Shown in pieces: positions 50,257-63,028 of a DNA stretch of 64,000 nucleotides. The DNA comes from Eledone cirrhosa. Taxonomy: Eukaryota. Position numbers and translations under genes: made by a program. The notes beneath the pieces are model-generated. The model ran no database searches, was not told the DNA's origin, and saw only the letters and a list, made by a program, of their open reading frames with translations. Location: contig OZ024743.1 in the NCBI GenBank assembly GCA_964016885.1, positions 249,054,001-249,118,000 on the forward strand, in the 5' to 3' direction. Numbering within the stretch: the first letter of the stretch is position 1; every line of letters starts with the position of its first letter.

Positions 50257-50320
50257 GACCTATAACAGGGGCTGAGAGTTCAGCCAGTACATTAGTCTGG
50301 AACCAAGAAACCCAAAGAAG
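50257..50320 (+). CDS. Probable internal exon of the cNMP-binding-domain gene (xPITGAESSASTLVWNQETQRS)
   Basis: Polypyrimidine tract plus cag acceptor, aag|gtacaa donor, open frame; end phase fits the exon at 57380 (AG+C = Ser). Confidence 0.55.
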
Positions 50321-52476
50321 GTACAATTAATATTTGATGACCCTTTAAAAAAAAACAAATAAAAAAAAAACGTCCCAAACCCCTTGAATTTTGAGTGGAG
50401 CTCTCCTACACCCCAGGGCTTGAAAGCAGTTATGTTTCACCTTGAAACATTTCTATTGGAGGCTTTGCCTCTAACTAATACTACCATTGATTCGTTGCGT
50501 CTTTTAATAACCATGGCTCAAGGCAGAATGACAAAGCTGCTAGCTGTCTTGAACAGATTAAAAAGTTAAGACAAACAAAGATATTGATTTGTAGCTAAAG
50601 CTGTCCATTAAACAAACCATTCTTATGCAATAGGCTCTGAGTAGAAGGACATGATTAGATTCTGGTGTCAGTTTGCTTTGTATCTAATATTAGTACACCA
50701 AAAATAAAGGATTTAACTAACCAAACATTAGAAACACATACATACATATATGTATATATGTACAAACACACATACATATATATACAGACACATTCTTACA
50801 CACATATATACATGCCTCCCCCACACACACATATAGAGACACACACATACATGCATCTATACAGACACACATACACACATGTATACATGTCCCCCCCACA
50901 TATACAGATACACACACATGCATACATACAGACACACACATACACACATATATACATGCCTCCCACCTTCATAGAGATACACACCCATGCATATATACAG
51001 ACACACACATATATACATGCTCCTCCACCACATATTCACACACACACACACACATGCATACATATGCATCACAAAAATCAATGTGTGAATTGTCACTGTT
51101 GTCATAACTTGTAGTAACCACAGTATTTTATCTTTATGGTTGATATTTCCTTTCATTTTTCCTAGTTGGTAAAAAAACTATAATAATAAGTATCAGTAAT
51201 ATACTAAGGTTGACTGAGCTGGATACGCCTTCTTCTCTTCATCTTCCTCCTTCTATACAATTACACTGTGGCTAAAGTAGAAAAAAAAACATAAGAAAAG
51301 AAAAGAATAGATATTTAGTTGCACTAAGATATTTATTACATACACCACTTACACTCAACAATGGATTAGGTTAGCGTACATAGAATATTCCGCACCAACA
51401 ACAAAACAGCTACAATTACATCTGACAGAAATGGCTCTGCATCAAGAGAATGAACGAGACCAACAGATTAAAAGGTAAATAATATGAACAGCTAGCTTAT
51501 TTGTAGTGTCTATATTGATAAACTAAAAAGATTTAGCCTTGTAAAAATCATCATCATCATCGTTATCATCATTATCATCATCATTATCATCACCAACACC
51601 ACCACAACCACCATCAACATCATCATCATCATTTTATGTCTGCTTTCCATGCTGGCATCCGTTGAATGGATTGTCAAGGTCCAAGACCTGATGGGTCACA
51701 GTGACCTCATCTTGCTCATTACGTTCCCAAATTTGGCAAAGTTTCTATGGCTGGATGCCCTCCCTAATGCCAACTATCTTACATGGTTTACTGGGTGCGT
51801 TTTTCTGGCACCAGCACTACCAATTTACAGAGTAGACTGGGTGCATATTATTGTGGCACCAGCACTTATACTTTTCCAAGTTGTAGAGGGTGCATTTTAT
51901 TATGGCACCATCACTAGAGAAGCTGTCAGACACTCAGCCATACTGAAGTGTTGTCTCAAACTCTATATTATCTCTCTTATTGCCAAACACTATACTTCTA
52001 GTCTTTTACTACAAATATTTTAAAATAGATTCATTTACAAAACTAAAAAAAGAACATGCCCAAAGACAAAGAACAAAATAAATCTGTAAAAGTGCAGGTA
52101 TAGCTGTATGGTTAAAGAGTTTGCTTATACCCATGTGGTTTCAGGTTGTCTCACTGTGTAGCACTTTAGGCAAGTACTAGAGACTTGAATTGACCTATGC
52201 CTTTGAATGAAATTGGGTAGATGGAAACTGTGTGGAAGCCTGTTGTGTAACAGTCAAGATTTTACCTCCCTCTCTCTGTGTATCTATCTATCTATCTAAG
52301 GCGGGTAAAATTCCCGAGATCCATGGACGAGTTCTCTCCAGCGGTCTCTGTCCCTCATTATCGCTGCCATATCCTGCATCTCCAACAGACCAGTGTCTGT
52401 CCTTAGGGCATCAACATATGTTAACCTTGGTCTTCCTCTTCTAGTGTGTCCATGTATATATATATATATATATATG

Positions 52477-52818
52477 GCGTCACGCAGTAATACAGGGTAC
52501 CCGACCTCCCGGGTACATGCTGAAGCATATAAACAATATGCCCCCACTCCCCCCACCGCAAGGTGGTCGTGGAGGTGCCACGGCAAAAAAGCACCCAGCC
52601 CACACTGTAAAGTGGACGTGTAGGCGCCACGAAAAAGCACCCAGCACTCACTGTAAATGAGGTTGGTGTTAGGAAGGGCATCCAGCTATAGAAATCAAGC
52701 CAGATCAGTTCCTGTATGAGCAAGGCATGGTCAGCCGACCAGACACTGCCCACAACAGGACAACCCGTCTAACCCATGCTAGCGTGGAAGAACGGACGTA
52801 AAACGGTGATGATGATGA
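52477..52818 (+). mobile_element. RTE subfamily B 3' end fragment
   Basis: Reverse complement of about 11192-11546. Confidence 0.92.
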
Positions 52819-52834
52819 TATATATATATATATA

Positions 52835-53170
52835 TCATCATCATCATTTTACGTCCGCTTTTTCCCTACTTGCAAGGGTGGGACGGGAACTGATTCTGGC
52901 TTGATTTCTACAGCTGGATGCCCTTCCTAACACCAACCTTATTTACAGTGAGTGCTGGGTGCTTTTTTGCCGTGGCACCTCCACGACCACTTTGCAGTGG
53001 AATGATATGGACCACAGTCCCTATCATCTCATTTCTACAGCTGAGTAAACTGGAGCAATGTGGAATAAAGTGTCTTACTCAAGGAAACAACACATCACCC
53101 GGTCTGAGAATTGAACTCACAACCTTTCGATTGCAAGGCCAATGCTCTAACCACTAAGCCATGTGCCTCT
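52835..53170 (-). mobile_element. tRNA-derived SINE with RTE tail
   Basis: Near-identical to 14366-14708. Confidence 0.92.
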
Positions 53171-53259
53171 ATATATATATATATGTATATATGTAGGAGG
53201 TGAGTTTTATTGTAGTACAATAAAGCAATGTGCAGATATCGGATAAGAAGCACTCAGTA

Positions 53260-53445
<186 letters not shown>

Positions 53446-54000
53446 TACAAAGTGTTAACGATCAAATTTTAGTTTAGAACGTTTATTACCTGACAATTGT
53501 TTCTTCCAAAGGGAAGTCTGGAATCATTGGAGCATAAGGAATGTCGACTCTTTCCTCATACATGCACCAATTGTCCTTGCTTGTAACTTCTTTCCCTGTT
53601 TTTTTGCTTGTCATTTTTTTGTTGGTGCTTTTTGCGTTTACTTATACCTATTACGCTTCCAACCAGTGCTGCCTGTAATTGTGTTATTTCAAGCGGAACA
53701 TCTTTTTAACTCCTGAATCTCCACATGATGCCTTTGACACTAATAACAACTATGTACCCTAAATGTTCTAAATGACTAGGATTCTAGTTACATGTTTTCG
53801 ACATTCCTTATGCTCCGATGAATCCAGACTTCCCTCTGGAAGAAACAATTGTCAGCTAATAAATGTTCTAAACTAAAATTTGATCGTTTTAACACTTTGT
53901 ATCTCGGCTCTGTAAACACTTGAAAATTAATTTGCATTGAGCCTTTTGTCATACCGGTAACCAGCCAGTACTTAGTACTACCTTACATATTTATAGTTAT
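53446..54000. mobile_element. Penelope-like fold-back element (arms 53446-53547 and 53798-53901)
   Basis: Inverted repeat with a hammerhead motif; same family as 18676-19310. Confidence 0.75.
53812..53856 (+). ncRNA. Minimal type I hammerhead ribozyme motif (CCGAUGA core variant, GUC site)
   Basis: gct-CCGATGA-a(tccaga cttccc tctgga)a-GAAAC-aatt-GTC-agc-taataaa. Confidence 0.75.
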
Positions 54001-54044
54001 ATCAAACATATATAAATATAAATATAAATATAAATATTACTATA

Positions 54045-54113
<69 letters not shown>

Positions 54114-54127
54114 CATATATATATATA

Positions 54128-54700
54128 TCATCATCATCATTTTATGTCCGCTTTTCCCTGCTTGCAAGGGTGGGATGGGTCCTATTCAGTACAGCATCTC
54201 TCCACTTGTCTCGGTCCTTCGTCATCTCCACCGTGAGTTTCAGCGATCTGAGGGTCTGCTCTCATCACCTCCGCCCATGTTTTTCGTGGTCTCCCTCTGC
54301 TGTGTCTTCCTTCTACTGGGATTTCTTGGCACTTTTTTACCCAGCGGTAATCCTCCATGCGCATCACATGTCCATACCATCTCAGTCTTTTCTCCTGCAC
54401 ACCACAACTTATCCCTCTAATACCCAGTTTCTCTCTCAACACATCCATGCTCGGTCGTTCACGTACATTGACATTGCACATCCAACGGAGCATGCTTGCT
54501 TCATTTCTCTCCAGCCGTCGCATATCCTCTACAGTTGCTGCCCATGTCTCACTATCATGCAGCATTGTGCACCTCACACAGGCATCATATAACTGGGCTT
54601 TCGTACGCAGGGAGAAACCCTTCTTCGTCAGCAGAGGAAGCAGCTCCCTTAAACTTCTTCCAACCCATCCTTATTCTAGATACTATGGCCTCAGAACCCC
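54128..54700 (-). mobile_element. RTE subfamily C 3' fragment with a very short 3' UTR
   Basis: ORF 54182-54577 (ETWA, RRLERNEASMLRWM, KRLRWYGHV, GRPRKTW); (GAT)n tail. Confidence 0.9.
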
Positions 54701-55339
54701 CCCCCCCCCCCCCCATGCTATTCTGATAACTTCTAGGCATTATATCTTTGTAGTACTTAGAAATATGGTAATGAAAAGTTAATGGACTTAAAATTTCTGC
54801 ACAGCATTACCAACTTTATCTGACTTTTTTCTCAAAGCCCTGCAACAATGGGAAGATGATGAAACATGCAAACCTGATGGGTTGGAAGCATATAGTTACC
54901 AAATTACACATAGGTGACCTCTGTATAATTTACATAAGTGTGTATGGCAAGTATAAAAGATGAAGTGTAAGACAATTAGATGTAGGGACAGTAATTCAAA
55001 CAGTGTTACTAATACAGCATTATGTTTATAGTCGAGAGACTTAACTCTTAACATTTTTTATATGAAACTATCTGAAACTGCCCCTGGTTCTATGGAATAA
55101 TTCAATGAAAGACCTTCTTTTTAAGTTGTATTCCAAACCTAATAATGAAAAGTCATAGTGTGTTTTATTAGAAATATGGTGTATAGGCACTATCACTGTA
55201 CGCCATGGCAGAATTGTAAAACTATCTTCGTTTTTTTCATTTCCTGAGTTTAATTGAACTCTAATTCTATTCACTTTTCATATATTTTGTGGTGTTAAAA
55301 TCTTCAATACACTCTCTGAGATCTAATCACTGATATAAT

Positions 55340-55870
55340 TATACTACACAGGTCTCAAAGAGTGTACTTTTGCTACCTGGGTGACCTCATTAGCAGTGGA
55401 AATGGATGTACCAAAAGCATAGTAGCCAGAGTGAGAGTGGGGTAGAAAAAAGTTCAGGATGCTGTTATCTTTGCTGGCAACAAACTGTTTTTCTCACAGA
55501 ATGAAAGGTAGACTGTGGAATGTAGATTGTAGATTGGTTTGATGTGGCATAGTAGAAAGAGACATGGACCTTGAATGCAAAGGATGTGTGAATGCTAGTA
55601 AGAAAATGAAATGTTTATGCTCTGCTGGATGTATAAAGTTAGTATGAATATGCAGAGAAAAGTTGGATATATGAGATGTGCAAGAGGGAAAACTGTGCTG
55701 GTACAAACATATGATGTATGTCGTATAAAGAGGTGCTGAGTACTTTATGTGGTCTGAAACTGTGGAAGAGAGAAATCAAGTAAAACATGAGACAAAATAG
55801 TAAAAACTGACCTCAAGAAGCTGAACCTCACAAAGGAGATGACAGGACAAGTGAAAGTATGGAGAAATGG
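55340..55870 (+). mobile_element. Highly degenerate RTE 3' fragment of the PHD-RTE family
   Basis: FCYLGDLISSGNGC and ARVRVG remnants. Confidence 0.7.
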
Positions 55871-57068
55871 TCATTAAAATAAAGGTGGTGAAGATGATAA
55901 TTTGGATGTATGATATATTATCTGGCCTTTTGACCACTACACCATCACCCATTACCAACATCACTCTACCTTTCTCTCTCTCCATATCATTACCTATTAT
56001 CAATTATCACTCTACCTTTCTCTCTCTCCTCATCAACTCACTATCACTACATTTAATCTATGAGATGAGGGAAGATATTGGATCTCTCCATATTCAGTGC
56101 TAATTAGTATTCTCTTTCTCTGTTCCATTGAAATCTTCATTGATATTCAACCCTTATTAGTGACCAGTATTTTCTCTCCTATAAAACTCTTAGCTGTTAT
56201 CCACTACTCTCACCATTACACTTCCCTGTTACTGTCCATCACTAGTTCTCTCTTTCCTACCATGACACATCACTATTACTCAAACCCCTAACCAAAACAA
56301 GCATGTACCTTCTAATATCCTTCTTTTTCTCCTATCATCATATCATCCTGTTTCCCTCCTTCACATATTGATACTTTAATTTTCTCCCCATAAAATTCTT
56401 AGTTTTCATCCACTACTCTCACCATCCCACTTCTCTGTTACTATCCATCATAAGTTCTGTTTTATTATAACACCCTTCTTATTACTAAACCTCCTATTAA
56501 CAGCTAACATGTAGCTACCACTGTCTGTCTCCTCCTTCTGTCATCCTATCATTATTTCCCCCTTCACACTCTTATTCATACTCTCTCCTCATTTAATTTC
56601 TTGGCCATCTTCTCAATCTCATTCTTATCACATTTGCCTTTAAACAACAGAAACAACATAGTGGAGAGTATTTTCTTTTGCCTTGGAGGGGAAAAAATAT
56701 TCAGTACATTCTGTAAAATGGTTGATCAAATAAAGATAATGTAAGATAGAGAAGGATCTTTAGTCTTAACGAGGACATGGCAAATTCTCTCATACTGGTA
56801 CCACAATAAATGCCTCTGATATACTCACACAAGTAACTGACACTAGGAAAAGCATTCAGCCATAGAAACCATGCTAAAATTGGAATGTATGAACAAGAAG
56901 TGACTCAGACCATAACCCATCCAATCCATACCAAGTAGATGTAAAATGATAAAGATGATGATGGGGCTGAATCTGAAACCATGTGATTCCAAAGCAAACT
57001 TCTTAGCCTCACAGGCATGCCTGCACCATATATATATATATATATATAGCATTATTTTGTTTCTGCCA

Positions 57069-57288
57069 AGGGCAGTGGATTGGCAGAATTGGTAGGGCAT
57101 CGGACATCATGCTTAGCAGCATAGAGTTACAGCCCTTTATGTTCTGAGTTCAAATCTCCCTGAGGTTAGCTTTACCTTTCATCCTTACAAGGTCGATAAA
57201 ATAAGGTACCAGTAATGCACTGTAATTTAATCAACTTTCCCTTCCCTCCAAAATTGTTGGTCTTGTGCCTAAATCAAAAACCGTTATA
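57069..57288 (+). mobile_element. tRNA-derived SINE (second family)
   Basis: ttggcagaattgg A box, gagttcaaatc B box, cctttcatcc..gtcgataaaataaggtaccag body. Confidence 0.8.
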
Positions 57289-57379
57289 TTTTCTGCCATA
57301 TATATGTTTGAAATATTTATTTTACTATATCTTATACCTTTACTATTTTATTATATTTTATATCTTCACCCTTCTCTAG

Positions 57380-57633
57380 CCATACTGATATAACACATGA
57401 AAACCATCTAGCTAACTTGAAGTCTAAAACAGCTAAAGATCGTTGGGTACATTTGTCAAGAACATTTGATGTGAAAAGCTTAATTCAACAAGTTCTAGAA
57501 ATGAATTCTCAGTATAACTATGTTGTCAGTATTTTATCCAAGCCTCCAAACCAAAGACAACAGTCTGAATGTGAAGAACTGGTTGGTTGGTTCAAGTCAA
57601 GAGTGCAAAAAATTTTCAACAATTTGAAAACAG
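57380..57633 (+). CDS. Exon of a cyclic-nucleotide-binding-domain protein (helical region before the cNMP domain)
   Basis: cttctctag acceptor, cag|gtttgt donor; open frame HTDITHEN..ILSKPPNQRQQSECEELVGWFKSRVQKIFNNLKT resembles the ILxKPPxxRT helix preceding CNB domains. Confidence 0.8.
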
Positions 57634-58025
57634 GTTTGTAAAATATATTATCAATAATAAAAATTGTATGCGTTGAATCAAATAACTAGCATTTGATTAC
57701 ATTGTGTCACACTGAATCTCCCTGAGAACTATGTTAAGGGTAAGCATGTCTGTGCAATGTTCAGCCACTAAAATATATTTGCTGTTAAATCTATATAGTA
57801 CATATAGTACATATTGTACATATAGTACATATAGTACATATAGATGTTTCAACTCAGAGAAAAAATAGAAAGACATGAATTATTTCATTTCACTCTTTTG
57901 TGATGATGTATTTTATGAAAGTCATTGCTGTTTATGTATTGAAATTAATTTTGAAAATAATCAACAATTTGGAGAGATTTTGTGAAATAATTCTTTTTCA
58001 TTACTAATCATAATTTTATTATTAA

Positions 58026-58551
58026 CTAGCAGTAAAGCCCGGCGTTGCTCGGGGTCGCTCAGTAGCTGTGTTAAAGTTACAATGTTAAGTTTCTTTTTTG
58101 GCTTAAAAACTGTAGTGTCTCCTGTGCAGACTTGCATGTGGTGTTTTTGATTAATATTCCCTCAACCAACAATATGCCTTATGAAGTTAAGAAAACATAA
58201 CGATAACCCGAATGTTATAACAAAAGAGGATGCTGGGGATAAAAACTGCACTGGTTATTTATTAACAAAGATCGAAAATGTAAACACTGCAACGCAGAGA
58301 AAAACAACGTAAGACGCTCAATGTAAACAGAACAAAGGGAAATAACTCGTCACTTACGCTCAAAAATCGATACATTAGATTCGATTTCGTCACATAGGGT
58401 GGGTCAATTTGAAATATTTTTTTCCGATGTCTTCGCTAGGGCTCAATGTACAAGTATAGCAATTTCGGTGCAATTCCGTCAGAGATTCTAAGAGGAGATG
58501 TGTGCCAAAAATCGATAGACAGACAGACAACCACAGCTTTATATATATAGA
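58026..58551 (-). mobile_element. Complete non-autonomous Helitron (intronic)
   Basis: A|TCTATATATATAAAGC, (GTCT)n, hairpin cccgagcaacgccggg, CTAG|T. Confidence 0.88.
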
Positions 58552-59053
58552 TAATAAAATAAGGAACGCTTTCAATTTAAATATGAACAATTGTATGGGT
58601 AGTTTTTATCATAGTATTAAAGGCATTCTTAAGTGGGTCTTTTTAAATTGCATAATCAGGAAAAGGGACAACACCCATAATCCTTTTCAGAGACTTGAAA
58701 ACTGGTATGGAGAGAGTGAGAGAGGGGGAAGTATCCTTAAACGAGTGACCTGGCTTAAATGCTTGCAGCATAGTAGACTCAGCTAAAGACACCCAAGTGC
58801 CAGGTGGTGGTGTCAATCTGGGTGATGGATTAAACCTACCACCCTCAAAATCAATTAGTATTCATAACTCAGTTTTATGATCCTCAGAGGAGTGCTGTAG
58901 AAAAACTCAGCAGCTTGGTTTCAATTCTTGGTCAAAGCAGCTTTATCAATAGGATTAATATTTTACTTACATAGACTTTCCCTGTAAACCCTAATGACAC
59001 TGAAGGGGATAACAGAAGACCTCTTTTGTGTATTTGAATATATTTTGGATACC

Positions 59054-59400
59054 CAGTACACTCTGTAAAATGGTAGTGCTGGTGCCATAATAAATACACT
59101 CAGTACACTCTGTAAAGTGGTAGTGCTGGTGCCATAATAAAATGCACACAGTACTCTTTGTAAAGTGGTAGTGCTGGTGCCATAATAAATACACTCAGTA
59201 CACTCTGTAAAGTAGTAGTGTAAGTGTCATAATAAAATGCACTCAGTACACTCTGTAAAGTGGTAGTACAAGTGCCGTAATAAAATGCACTCAGTACACT
59301 CTGTAAAGTGATAGTGCTGGTGCCATAACAAAATGCACTCAGTACACTCTGTAAAGTGATAGTTCTAGTGCTATAATAAAATGCATTCAGTACATTGTAT
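59054..59400 (+). repeat. 47-48-bp minisatellite (7 units plus a partial) derived from an RTE/SINE 3' UTR module
   Basis: Unit cagtacactctgtaaagtggtagtgctggtgccataataaaatgcact, followed by a LINE-type tail to about 59528. Confidence 0.9.
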
Positions 59401-59684
59401 AAAATTGTTGGCATTAGGAAAGGAATCCAATGATATAAACCATAACAAAATAGAATGTATAAGCAAGACCCATCTAGTCTCAGATCATGACAACCCATGA
59501 CAGCATGGAAAATGGATGTAAAATGATGCTAGTAGATATGTTACTCCTTACCTTATTTTACATACACCATTCTTAGTTCTCTATTTGATTTGCATACAAA
59601 GTTTTGTTCATTTTTATGTAATTTCTTTCATGGAAAAGTGTGTGATTTATACATAAGTATATACAGTCATTGTTTTCTTTCCAG

Positions 59685-59772
59685 AAACCATTACTGATGT
59701 CATCAGAAATTGTAAATTTGAAAGAAAAAAGGCAAATGAGTTGATTATCAAACAAGGAGCAATTGGAGAAAA
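59685..59772 (+). CDS. Exon encoding the start of a cNMP-binding domain (ETITDVIRNCKFERKKANELIIKQGAIGE)
   Basis: ttttctttccag acceptor, aa|gtatgt donor, phase 1 fits the previous exon; IIKQGxxG is the CNB-domain beta-strand signature. Confidence 0.88.
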
Positions 59773-60299
59773 GTATGTACTTTTATTTATAATCTAGGAT
59801 TATAAATAAAGGTATAGCTGTGTGGCTAAGACATTTGCTTTGGAACTATGTTGGTTATTTTATTGAACTCTTTTTTTTTTGTCAAACTAAGTTTGTGAAT
59901 ATAAACACAGATACAGCCTCCCCCTCCCACACAGACACAGACACGCACACATATATTTAGTTCAAGGTTAAAAAGAGAAGACATACGTGGAAAACAATTA
60001 CACAAAGTTTCATTAGTTTTACACTAGTGAGAAAATGGAAATTAGTTTCTCATATATGTATGACAGGTTGCCACATAGTTTCTGTCTACCAAATTTCATT
60101 CACGAGGCATTGATCAACCCAAGATCATAGATGAAGACACTTGCTCAAAGTTCCACACAATAGGATTAAATCTGAAACCACACAGTCATGCCTACTTTCT
60201 TTTTACCTGATCTGAGGAGGGAGGTGACATGACTTCCAGAACCCTCCAAAACCAAAATGATCAATGCTGTTGATGTTTGGTTTAAACTGTTGCAGGTTC

Positions 60300-60920
60300 A
60301 CTTGTTTTTGGAAAGACATGGGCAGGTAGGGAATTTTAGAGAAATAACATTATAGGCAGGAAAGATTGGGAAAAATTGTTCGTGTGGGGCCAGGTGGTTA
60401 AAAACAACATAGAGGAGGAGAGACGAGTGAGTCAGGAAGTCGAAGTAGAGGTGGAATGAGACAAGCAATCTCCAAGGAGCAGAGACCATCGTAGTAACTC
60501 CAGAAGAGGCAGAAGGGTGAGACTACACGTCTGTGGGCCAATTTGAAAAGTGTAGATGAGTGACTTTAAATTAATTGGTTTTGTTTTGGATGTAATCTAG
60601 GATACCCGTGTAAGCAACAACAGTATCGTCTTAGATGTAGGAGCAGTACTCCATTGTAAGTCTCACCTGAGCCTTGTAAAGGGTCATTAACTGTTGAGAG
60701 TTTGGTCCTGAAGAGAAGAGCCTATCAGTGGGCAATTCTAGCCATTATAGAATATAAGTTCTCTGAGAGAGATCCTCAGTGATTGTGAGGCCTAACATTT
60801 GAAGCAATCACGAGAGCTCTAGTCATGTGCTATTTATGGTTAAGGAAGGTGATGTATAATGGGATATACTTAAGATAAGTAGTGCTTGTGTTTTATTTCT
60901 GTTGAAACAGATGAAATTGG
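60300..60920 (-). mobile_element. Degenerate CR1/L2-group LINE 3' fragment
   Basis: Minus strand LYKAQVRLTMEYCSYI at about 60635-60683. Confidence 0.7.
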
Positions 60921-62004
60921 TGTGAGTTTGAAACTGGGCCATCATTTCAGAGGCAAAGAAGTTTCTCAACTGGCATACTTATTTAGTAGTAAGCCTTTGG
61001 CAAACTGTGTTGCATGCTGGCCTGTTGACTGCTGAAACAAAAATGTCATTCTTTGTTTCAACTGGAGTTTATATAATTGAATTTGACAGCTAAGGAAGCA
61101 AGTGATTGATGAGTTATTAATTATCTAGGAATCTAAGATCTGAGATTGGATGAAACCTCACCAGGAATTTGACTTTGGTTTAAATTTTGGGTTTGATGAA
61201 GGTAATGACAGTATCCAGAGATAATGATCCATACATGGAATAATCATGAGGGGACCTAAAGTTAAGATTTTACATCCTGGAGTAAACCTGTTACAAGTTT
61301 ATCACTGACTTCACACATCCACTCCTCAGGTAATAGCTCATAAATTCAAGGTTAAAAATTATATCTCCTACATACTAATAAAATATTTGTGTGTGTCAGT
61401 TTAAGTATATGTGTTGTAGGAGGTTGGCTACACCTGGTGTATGATTTTCATACTTTGTCTAAGAGATTTGAGATGTATAGGAAATGAAATTATTTCAATT
61501 ATCTATCAAAACAAAACAGAAAGTAGGCCATAGATACCATCTCAACTCATAGAGAGCTTAGTCCTTCTTACTCTACAATGATTGCTTCTAATTAAAACAA
61601 AATATTAATAACTCACTAATCAGTAATGTAAACTACAGCAATATCTGAATGAGAACTAATTGTAACAACCCCTGCTGACAATCTCTTAGCACAAACTATC
61701 ATGTTTATTGTTACAACTAAAGTGCTTTTAGATGTATTACCATAGATGTTTGAGTTAGTGCAAACTAAACATATACCTATCAAACTGGTGACCAGCCTGG
61801 TTTTATTTATGTCTTCATTACCATTGCTTAATGTCAACATTTCCTAGCTGGTAGCAGTTAGGTCTGATTTGTTCTTTTTATTATCCAGTACTTTGTCAAT
61901 TACTGTCTAAATAATTTATACAGGCAAAAATTAGTCATTACATTTCAGAATATTATTGATTTTTTTTAGTCAAAAGGTGAAGGTATGTGACCAAGTGGTT
62001 AGAG

Positions 62005-62437
62005 TAGCATTTCTCAACCTTTTTACCCTTGTGGAACCCTCAAAACAGTCTCAAGGAACCCCTGCATAAAAATTATATACCATAATTAATATCTATCTCT
62101 TGATATAATAGGTTGAAGCAAAGAGTTACGGCCCTTTATGATCTGAGTTCAAATCTCACCGAGGTTAACTTTGCCTTTCATCCTTACGGGGTCGATAAAA
62201 TAAAGTACCAATAATACACTGGGATAATTGCTGGCCTTGTGCCAAAAGTAGAAACAGTTATAATAACCAAAGATTTTCCAACAATATGCTATGTGTATAG
62301 TAAAATTATGAATATAAAATTAAACAAAAATTACTCAAAAATGTATTAGTTTATTTATCCCTGTTTCTTGTGGAACCTCTTGCAACGTCTTGTGGAACCT
62401 CTAGCGATCTCTTGTGGAACCCAGTTGAGAAACGCTA
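62005..62437. mobile_element. hAT-like MITE inserted in a SINE head and itself carrying a SINE (about 62115-62260)
   Basis: TIR tagcatttctcaac / gttgagaaacgcta; 8-bp TSD ggttagag / ggttagaa. Confidence 0.85.
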
Positions 62438-62669
62438 GGTTAGAATGTTGGCTCATGATCATAAGGTCATAGGTTCAACTTTTAGATTGGATGGCACATC
62501 GTGTCCTTAAATAAAGTACTTCATTTAATATTGCTCCAGTTCACTCACCTGGAAATAAGCTGGGTATTAGCTCTGAGATGGACTGACACCTGATCCAAAG
62601 GGGGTGTCTTATACTCTCAGTTGCTTAATGCCACATAAAACCACCATAAACTCTGGAGTTCACCTAAAC

Positions 62670-63028
62670 CAGAGGTTCTCAAACTTTTTGGGCTACTGCC
62701 CCTCTCACAGCCACATAATACACTCAGCCACCCCCCTCCCCTATTTCCAGAGGAACCTGCCTACTCGCAAATTGTAAATAATATATAATAAATAAAATCA
62801 TTAATCTATATATAATAAATAATATAATATATACTATGTATAAATAAATATTATATATTTTTTACTATATTTATATATAATATGTATCATTTGATATTTA
62901 ATATACTATTATATCATCTCTACAGCTCTACAGCCCCCTTAGGCCCCAGTTTCTCCCCTCCGGAGATTCTCAATGCTCCTGGCGGGGTGGGGGTGGGGGT
63001 GGGGGTAGCTCCACTTTGAGAACCTCTG
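62670..63028. mobile_element. hAT (Charlie-like) MITE
   Basis: TIR cagaggttctcaaa / tttgagaacctctg; perfect 8-bp TSD acctaaac. Confidence 0.92.

Noticed and set aside
59054-59400. Regularly spaced repeats resembling a CRISPR array
   Set aside because: Units are contiguous with no unique spacers, no cas genes, eukaryotic context; derived from a LINE 3' UTR
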